Source of the DNA: Macrostomum lignano
Taxonomy: Eukaryota
Length of the DNA: 64,000 nucleotides
Assembly: GCA_002269645.1 (NCBI GenBank)
Contig: NIVC01000227.1
Coordinates: forward strand, 620,001-684,000
Direction: 5' to 3'
Numbering within the stretch: the stretch's first letter is position 1; each line of letters begins with the position of its first letter. Shown piece after piece: positions 50,691-64,000 of this stretch. Position numbers and translations under genes: made by a program. The notes under the pieces are model-generated. The model was not told the DNA's origin, made no database searches, and saw only the letters and a list, made by a program, of their open reading frames with translations.

Positions 50691-51744
50691 TTATTATCGA
50701 TGGCTGAGTGCAGTTCAACTAAACTGATAAACACAATACTTTTTAAAGCGATTTTTATGCGTTATGAAAATTTGAGCCTAAGTGCCCCCCCCACCCGCAG
50801 CCAACCATATTATGAAGTGTCATGAGCACTGTACTGGGTCTAGAAGTTGCATAGTTGAAAGTTTCTGTCTTTGTGTCGTCAAAATTCGCGTGAGTCTAGC
50901 TGCGACTCTTCAGGCTCGTTCGTGCAGCCGCCTGCCTATCTCGCCAATTCAACTGTCATTCGAGATACTGTATAAGCAAAAGCATTCATACAGCTAGTTA
51001 GATAAATTTCCTTCTATGCTTTGTTTAACCTTGCCTGCGGTAAAAACAGATTGTTAGCTACTAGTGCTCTCAATTTTAACTGTCTTATTTTTGTGTAAGC
51101 TGAGAACGCACTCACTCAGCCTGTCTAGCCATGCATGCTAGCTTGTAGACGAGTCAAAAAAATACACACAAGAAGACTAAAACGAATAGGATGACCAAGG
51201 TACCGATGAAATTTCCCAAAGGCAGAGCACATGGGAGGGGGGCACACCCAAACGTACAGGAGCTGCTCTGGCCAGCATCAGATAATCCCTGTTGACGAAG
51301 TGAGGTGAGCGAGGCTCTCATGGGCTCTGGGGACACCTATGCGGTCTGCTCTTGCCCTTATGCCTATCCGAGCGAAAATGTTCAACGCCTAAGGTGGAAG
51401 AAAAGCAAATTTCCTGTTCAAAGCTGTGCAACGTCTCCTATAACCCCCTCCGCCTTAGTCAACTCTGTCCTACCATCATAAATTTCAGCGCACCTCTTGT
51501 AATTAGCTTTCTCACACCTTAGCAGCTCTTGGCCAGTAATTACGAGTATCACCTTTGAGCAGGCCCCTTGAACTGTCACAAGGGGGGGGGGTCAATCCGA
51601 ATAAAAACTATTTCTTGAGAGAGACTTCAGACCAGATTATTCTCCACTCGATCCGTTTCCTATTCTCTGATTTAAATTTTTTAAAATCTGGATAAACCCA
51701 GTTTCTTTTCAAGCAGCGCTGCACACAGACGGATCATAAATTAG

Positions 51745-52495
51745 TGAAGCATATTGGGGATAAACTAGTAAAGCATATTGGGGATAAATTAGTTATGCAT
51801 ATTGGGGATAAACTAGGGAAGCATATTGGGGATAAATTAGGGAAGCATATTCGGGATAAATTAGTGAAGCATATTGGGGATAAATTAGGGAAGCATATTT
51901 GGGGATAAATTAGTGAAGCATATTGGGGATAAATTAGTTATGCATATTGGGGATAAATTAGTTATGCATTTTGGGGATAAAAGTTAGTGAAGCATATTGG
52001 GGATAAATTAGGGAAGCATATTGGGGATAAATTAGGGAAGCATATTGGGGATAATAGGGAAGCATATTTGGGGATAAATTAAGAAAGTAAGAATATTGGG
52101 GATAAATTAGGGTAGCATATTGGGGATAAATTAGGGAAGCATATTCGGGATAAATTAGTGAAGCATATTGGGGATAAATTAGGGAAGCATATTTGGGGAT
52201 AAATTAGTGAAGCATATTGGGGATAAATTAGTTATGCATATTGGGGATAAATTAGTTATGCATTTTGGGGATAAAAGTTAGTGAAGCATATTGGGGATAA
52301 ATTAGGGAAGCATATTGGGGATAAATTAGGGAAGCATATTGGGGATAATAGGGAAGCATATTTGGGGATAAATTAAGAAAGTAAGAATATTGGGGATAAA
52401 TTAGGGTAGCATATTGGGGATAAATTAGGGAAGCATACTGGGGATAAATCAGGGTAGCATATTGGGGATAAATTAGGGAAGCATATTGGGGATAT
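51745..52495. repeat. ~24-bp G-rich minisatellite (gcatattggggataaattagggaa)n with a 294-bp higher-order duplication
   Basis: The diagnostic variant tcggg recurs at 51851 and 52145. Confidence 0.95.
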
Positions 52496-54164
52496 GTAGA
52501 TGAAAAGAGGTCCACGATGTAAGATGAACAAGCAAGGCCAACTAGATAGGCAATTCACAATTTTTAAGACAGCCCACAAGGAGACGAGCGGGCGAAATGA
52601 ATGAAAAAGCCAAAATTTCTCAAAATTCAAAGAAATTGAAACAGAAACTTGATGCACTCTGTTGCTGTCTGTCATATCTCTGTCAGGTCAACAAATAATA
52701 CAAAGCATTATTGATTATTTTCATAAATGAAATAACATGTGCAAGCACGGTACAGCCAATGTGTAAAATTTTGATGATAAGAAGGACAAACCTGTCTGGC
52801 TGGAAAAGTGCAAATCACTTAACTAGTACGCGTCAGCAGTGAGAAGTGTATAATAATAATAATAACAATAATAAAGACTTATAAATGTCAACAAACCAAG
52901 GAGGAACACCTAATAAACCGTTTATTATATAATTTTACAAGCAACAAATTGTTTCATAGACGATAAATGATTTAATTTTAGAATTAAACTTATCTGATGA
53001 ATATGTGAGAATGGCTGTTAACTGAAGAATTGAATTTATGGAATTATGAGACTTCAATCCTCCATGACGTACATTAGAAACCAACAATGAATAATTTGAG
53101 TTAGGATTTAGTCCAGGCCACAGATACTAGAACGACTAGATGGTCCACTCAGCACATTTGCGTGTCAGCTAATTTCAGTTCAGTAGTAAGTTAAACAGAA
53201 TCATTTTAAAGATTCTGTGAGTTTTAAAGCCAAGGCTCAATTATTGGCTATTACCCCTGCCCAGCTTTAACCCTCCAACCGCGCCTTTCTTCCACACTAC
53301 CCCCCGCCCCGCCCCAATTTTTATTGCCCTTCTCGGAATTCCAGCCTAAAGCTGCCATGTACATTCAGTGGACTGGCCAATCTACATTATTGCTGAACCA
53401 ATTAGCAAGTTGTTTACGCGCCTGCAAGCTTGGGCTTCTAAACTTATCCAAGTCATTTCAGCTGACTTTATTTCTATAAAATAGCTTATGTATTCTTCTT
53501 TGCTACTGAATAGAGAGTAGAAAGCTGTTTTGCTAAGTATATGCCTGAGCGGCTCATCTAGTTAATTTAGTATATGTGGTTCAAACTGAAGTGAGACAGC
53601 AATGAATGGAGTTTTTTTAATAAAACAGCAATAATAGACAAAATTGGAATGCGGTTTGAATCTGTAGACTGAACCGATGACGCAGTTAGGATACGATCTT
53701 ACGATTATTACAGGTAGCTATTATTTGTAAAGTTTTCTTAGAGAAAGAGCTCAACATAAGCAAATTAGATTGTGCAAAATAATACATAATACAGCCCAAA
53801 TATCATAGAGTAAAAGAACCATTAAAAGTAACCGAGAATATGTCTATGTAAGTGTTAGCAAATTAGCAAAAATAAAACAGATTCCAAAAAGCAATATAAT
53901 AGTTGAGTTACTGTAATTAAAATCTTATCAAACAGACAAATTAATTTTAAAAGAAATTCAAAAGAATATCTTGAACAAATTATTTTCAAATTTTACAGGA
54001 AACACCTTAGAAATGTAAACAATATAAAAACACGAATTATACTACTTTGAAAACTAAGTAGAAAAGTAAAAAGTTTCTATCTAGCCGTTAATGAAAACAA
54101 CTTAAGTGGTTGGGTCCAATGGGGCAATTTGAAAGATATCTAAACGGATATTATAGGATGAGTG

Positions 54165-54470
54165 TAGAGTGTACATTGTGGGTAGAGAGGGTTTCGGACT
54201 CTGGAGAGTGTACATTGTGGGGAGAGAGGGTTTCGGACTCTGGAAAGTGTACATTGTGGGAGAGAGGGGTTCGGACTCTGTAGAGTGTACATTGTGGGGA
54301 GAGAGTGATTCGGACTCTTAGAGAGTGTACATTGTGAGGAGAGAGGGTTTCGGACTCTGTAGAGTGTACATTGTGGGGAGAGAGGGGTTCGCACTCTGTA
54401 GAGTGTACATTGTGAGGAGAGAGGGGTTCTTCGGTCTTTATAAAGTGTACTGGTACATTGTGGGGACAGG
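54165..54470. repeat. 39-bp minisatellite (agagtgtacattgtggggagagagggtttcggactctgt)n
   Basis: About 7-8 copies, directly visible. Confidence 0.93.
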
Positions 54471-55555
54471 GGGGTTTGGAATCTTATGTATATTTGTGTG
54501 GATGCTGAGACTCGTATGCATCAAGGTGTGAAAAGATCATTGCGGGCTATAAACCAACCAACTATTAACTGGATGAAGCACTGGACAACTCAGCGAGAAG
54601 GGGGTATTTTATAAATTGTATAAATTTATTGGGCAAAAAAACGCACAAGACTAAACAGTTAGCAACAGAGCAGAGCAAAACCACTAAATATATTAGAGCA
54701 AAAACGAAATAACGCAAATGTATACTTGATATTTATAGAGAACCAGTGGGGGCCGTAGGACGATAATTAATTTAAAATTATCGACCTAGGCAGGTGCCAC
54801 AGCCATGTGTAAACTAATTAAGAACAAAAGATAAGACAAATACGATACGAGATAACGATAGAATAGGTGCGCAAGTTAAAATATCGCCTAGCACGTATGA
54901 TATAACCATCTATAATTGTTCAGCTTTATAAAACCCGGGTGCTCATAAATGTTTAATTGTTAATTAAAGTAGCACTGGCAGGTAAAATAATTCCCTATAT
55001 AGATAGAAGCAAAGCAAAGCAAAACTAACCGAAGGCACAAGGCAGCATAGTTAATTACAGTAAGGAAAGTATAGCCGTAACTACCAATAGTAAATTTGAC
55101 TTGGAATTATCTATACACCCTGTGGGAATACAGTTTATCAGACAGCAGGAAGATTAGGGAATAAAATTTAATTAATTGGTCTCAGTGACTCAGTGCTATT
55201 GTTATACCATAAATAGGAATTGATAGACCGATATACCTATTTGTTCATTGACTAATTAAGATTATTTTATAGCATAATTTATTTTTTGCACACACATTTC
55301 ACAATGTACATAATTAAAAGTACATGTCGCACCGCACGCCATTCACACCAGGCGATGTGCACATTAAAAGTACTTACTGTACTTTAGGTTATTCAGATTC
55401 CAAGCCCGCTCGCACACGCCGTGTCGCCAAGTTTTTTAATTTCTAAAGTTGATAACTAATTAAATCAAACTGATAATCCCGAGAATGTCCCGCTCAGGGT
55501 TATAGGACTCAAACAGGTAGACAGGCCCAATCTAAGAGCTGAATTTTTTTCAGTC

Positions 55556-60112
<4,557 letters not shown>

Positions 60113-60404
60113 GAGAAATTGTTTGATTTGATTAATTTCTCACTCGATTGATAGATTTTTTGTAATAATATTAGGCATGAAATAGCAAATTTAGAAATAA
60201 TATTTTCATAATTTGATAATTTTTTAGTTGAAAGCTCACAAATGTAGGTAAGTATTAACACAATAAAAATTATTACTATGAAGAAAGTGACTAAATCTCT
60301 ACATTAGCTGTTTTATTAATTAGTAGAAAATATTCATAAGAACAATAGTTGAGTTTTAAAGCATCATTTCAATTGTAGATTTGCAATTACATTACTCAGA
60401 TTAT

Positions 60405-60600
60405 ATGGTTGGAGCATTGGACTCACTAATGAAAGGTTGGGGATTTGATTCCCAATCCCACTGGAACAATTTGTGTCCTCAAGCAAGACACTTAACTTTG
60501 CATTGCTTCAGTTCACCCAGCTATAAAATGGGTGCCAGCATTAGTTATGGTACAAGAATAATTGACAGCATATGGTAACCCCCCAGGCCTTGGACTAAAC
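60405..60600 (+). mobile_element. Old tRNA-derived SINE with CORE/Meta-like central domain
   Basis: Decayed B box (gatttgattccc) followed by gtgtcctcaagcaagacacttaact..gcttcagttcacccagctataaaatggg, which resembles the CORE-type SINE core. Confidence 0.55.
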
Positions 60601-60695
60601 AGGCATACGCAGCTTTCAGATGTACTGCACAATAGTTGCAGCTGAGCTGTTTTGCACATCTGCCAATTAGGGTAGGTGTAATTAATCATACATGT

Positions 60696-60832
60696 GCAAC
60701 CTTGGGAATTACTCAGCCATTTCTATTGGCAACACACACACATGTAAGTCGCTATTGGCTGAGAGCAGTCACGTGACTATTATTACATGTGTGTGTAGCC
60801 AATAGAAATGGCCGGGTGAATCCCTAGGTTGC
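60696..60832. repeat. ~137-bp hairpin (MITE-like) upstream of KLC
   Basis: ~50-bp imperfect inverted arms around a loop containing GTCACGTGAC. Confidence 0.85.
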
Positions 60833-63800
60833 GCCCAAGCATGCATATATAATGATAAACAAATTTTTAGTATACTAAACATACAAGGTTTAACCATTAT
60901 TGTATACCCTTTGTTAGTATGAGTATAAATAATTAGGTAATTCCAAAACTAGGTATTTTGTTTTATAGTATATGTTATAAACTAGGTGCATGCTAGGATT
61001 CACGTTAGGGAGGGACAAAGACATAAATCCATCTCAAATGAAGGCAATGGAAGCAAAATACAAAGGCAGTAAAAAGGTTCTCCCTTCCAGGAGGCATGTC
61101 CCTAGTGTCCCCCCTTGGCTATTCCCTTGGTTATAATATACTAACTTTTAATTTAACATCTCGAATTTGGACTCCTTTTTTAAATCTAAAATTGGCAACT
61201 TTTTTAAGTTGAATGCTTTTTAATTTATTGGGATTCTAGGAATTTGGAACCAAAATTGCTAATTATCGTTTCTTAATCTAAGGACAACAGCATTAAAAAA
61301 GCAACTATTTATAGATAAATTCAATAATTCAAAGATGGCCAATCCACTTTGAATAATTAGTAGCCATGCTCTTGCCACCCCTACAAGGCAAAAACTTGAC
61401 TTTACTGACTATAAATAGAGAGAAAAGGTAGAAATAGATCAGACTTTACTAGTCATCCTTCTAGGGCACTTAGACCTAGGTAGCCATAGACCTATATAGA
61501 GAATTGGTAACTTGGGTTATGGATGGTCTAATACTAATAGGCATAGCAAGGTCTCATTGCTCTAATCCCAAGTATAACTAGTTTTTAAGATAAGGTTCTC
61601 TACTTAAAGTAGCTTTTCCACTATCTCTATGCTGGGAATCTAAAAGGTAGGCCTATCTTAATATTGTGATAGGCCTAGTGCTAAGATAAAGAATAAGGTC
61701 TTTTATATAAAGGGGCTTTTGATCTATGCAAGGTTAAGACCCCTTGATTTTAACTAGGTTTGTTTGAGATAGAGTTTAAATAATTATTTGATTCCTATTT
61801 GGCAAATGTCAATGCTAAAAAATGATAAAAAATCTTTGATAGGCCTAATAGGCCTATTTTATATTTTATATAGGCTAATTATTTTTTTAATGGAACCTTG
61901 ACTTTATTAATCAATAATGTTCAATAGGCCCTATAAAACTTTAAATATAGCTAGGTAATTAATCTAATACTAGCAATAGCCCAAATAGTCTAACTAATTA
62001 AATAGGGGGCCTATCTACTAAGACAATACTTATAATTATAAACCTAGAGCTCTTTTTAGACTAGGCCTAGCCTAGGCTAGGTCACTGACTCACTATCTAT
62101 ATTAGCATTATAGCTAGCAGCTAGGGCTTTTGTAGGCCTAATAGGCCTACTAATTTATAAACTAGACATATTTAACTGAGTCATAGGTCTCATCAATGGC
62201 ACTAAATATAGGCCTAGGCTACCTGGGCCTACTTGTAATTGTAATTGTAGACTAGGCCTAATTTAAGGCCTAGGCCTATGTGAAAATATGAAATTAGCAA
62301 AATTCTCCAAATTTAGGCCTAGCCATCTGATTGTCTTTTTGATGAGTGGGATAGGATGACATGAAATGTAGGCCCTATGTATGGTGTAAGTCACTATATG
62401 CGTGTATCTTGAGTGCATGATTAAAAAACAATTCAGAAATCAGCATTGAATGAAGAAAAGTAAAAAAATCGATTCTCTAGAGCAGAGGCAGAGGCTATAG
62501 TAAGTATAAGGCTAAGGCATCCATCGCTCAAGGGGCACAACTGACCCGTAATGTACAGGAGTAGGCCCTACACAACAAAGTGCTGGGCTGCCTTCCCGAC
62601 CCGACCCCACTTCTCTGCAGACTGCAAGCAAGGCTTGTAGCTAGTGCCACTTCATGGCATTTAACATGACCATGACAGAGCTCGCTTTATCCTCCGACAG
62701 GAAACTTTGCATCATCCAGATGAAGATCTATTTACTGGTAGCTACTATGTATTTCATTTCAATTTAATGATGCTTATTTATGATAATTCAAGAACTAAAT
62801 TGCTGCTACTAAAAAGTCTAAAAATATTTTTTACCGCTTTTTAATTCTACGCCATTTACTTCATTTTAACAAGTCAGCAGCAAACAAAAACTTGAGACGA
62901 AATCAAATTAACTTTAAAGAAAACTATATCTTTACTCAGTAACCTACGTGAGTTGAATAATGAAGGGCAATACCAGGCGGCTTAGGGGTTTGACTGGACG
63001 AGGTCCCGCAGTCGAAATTACTGCGACTTCTAGTGGCCCTTTCGTAAACACCTCAAGAGTATATATTTGACTACGCTGATAACCGATCGCCATCTTTTCA
63101 TCACCTTTGCTAGCAACCGGCCCGATAGATTGACAGGCTAGTCTAGTAGGTGGCTTCTTAGCCTTGGTCTGTGGTAAAAAAAATTAAGTAGAAGCCCGTT
63201 AAAAGCCCCTACGCTCGTAGTACATTTACATTAAGCAAACCGGCCGATCGAGGTTTGCAATGTGCCGGCCGACATCTAAAGGGTACTGCAGTTTGGTGTT
63301 TAACGTAAAAGACACCCGGCCAGCGCAGGTGCAGGGAACTCTTCTGCTGGACATTCATGTACGGACCTACTGCACACGTATTGCGCTGTGCGTACATGTA
63401 AGGTATTCGCGTAAGGTACCGTAGCTGTCTTTCAGCCCGACGAAGCACTATTTGACCGCGCAGAGCTGTGATTGAGTCCGTCCTGCTGTGCAACTTGAGG
63501 CGTGAACGCTGACGGCCCACACTATAATAGCTAGAGCAGCTTAGCAGCTGCATGGACTCATGCAGCAGAGGGCTATACTATAGCTGCTCGGTACATGTGG
63601 TGGCCCTTTGAGCCCGGCGTCAGCTGTGCCTGTGCAACGCCCGGCAGCGGCAATTCAAATTCAACTGGCTGGCCAGACGTGATCCGGCCCGGCCAAGAGC
63701 TACTATTGCTCCCGCCGTTGCAGGACATCCAGCTTCTGATCACCGGCCTTGCAGTGCCCAGGTAAGGGCCAGCTGGAGCGATCTTCCCGTCATCAATGAA

Positions 63801-63840
63801 TTCAAATACATACATGGTATGGATGGACGGGTCTATGAAA

Positions 63841-64000
63841 TTTGCTTGCGAGACTTTTGCTTGCCGAACTTTGCTTGCCGAACTTTGCTTGCCGAACTTT
63901 GCTTGCCGAATTTTGCTTGCAGGAAATTTGCTTGCCGAACTTTGCTTGCCGAACTTTGCTTGCCGAACTTTGCTTGCAGGAACTTTGCTTGCCGAACTTT
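63841..64000. repeat. Start of another (gccgaactttgctt)n array of the Foldback-like family; runs off the window
   Basis: The unit is the reverse complement of the 6830-7920 array. It begins with tgcgagacttttgcttgc, like tgcgggacttttgcttgc at 5622. Confidence 0.9.

Noticed and set aside
63209-63815. Possible exons in the GC-rich stretch near the window end
   Set aside because: There is a GTAAG donor near 63762 but no recognisable protein motif or in-phase partner exon within the window.

Overview
This is eukaryotic (animal) genomic DNA, not prokaryotic. It has GC-rich exons with GT-AG introns, polyglutamine tracts, many minisatellites and AT-rich spacers. The overall style suggests a free-living flatworm such as Macrostomum, but that is inference only. 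Host-type genes: a 4-exon kinesin light chain (minus, 55556-60112), an intronless rhodopsin-class GPCR (minus, 34200-35330), a probable FSAF1/C1orf131-like ribosome-biogenesis gene (plus, two exons seen), a small 4-TM membrane protein, and a secreted protein made of about 36 GGQRWNK repeats. Mobile-element content: (i) a six-exon, in-phase CxC-KDZ (Kyakuja-Dileera-Zisupton) transposase-like gene reconstructed by hand (minus, 8429 to 904, 3' end unresolved) that the ORF track only shows in fragments; (ii) two Crypton-like tyrosine-recombinase ORFs, each broken by a single lesion and each preceded by a GGCTTCGCC-core palindrome, one enclosed by ~130-bp inverted repeats; (iii) a strongly over-represented GTCTATGG/CCATAGAC motif clustering around those elements; (iv) a decayed RT-RNase H LINE, a mariner derivative, hAT-type MITEs, two tRNA-derived SINEs and a Foldback-like element. 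Two kilobase-scale blocks contain no CpG at all. No rRNA, true tRNA or CRISPR array was found. All protein-family calls come from remembered motifs, not database searches.
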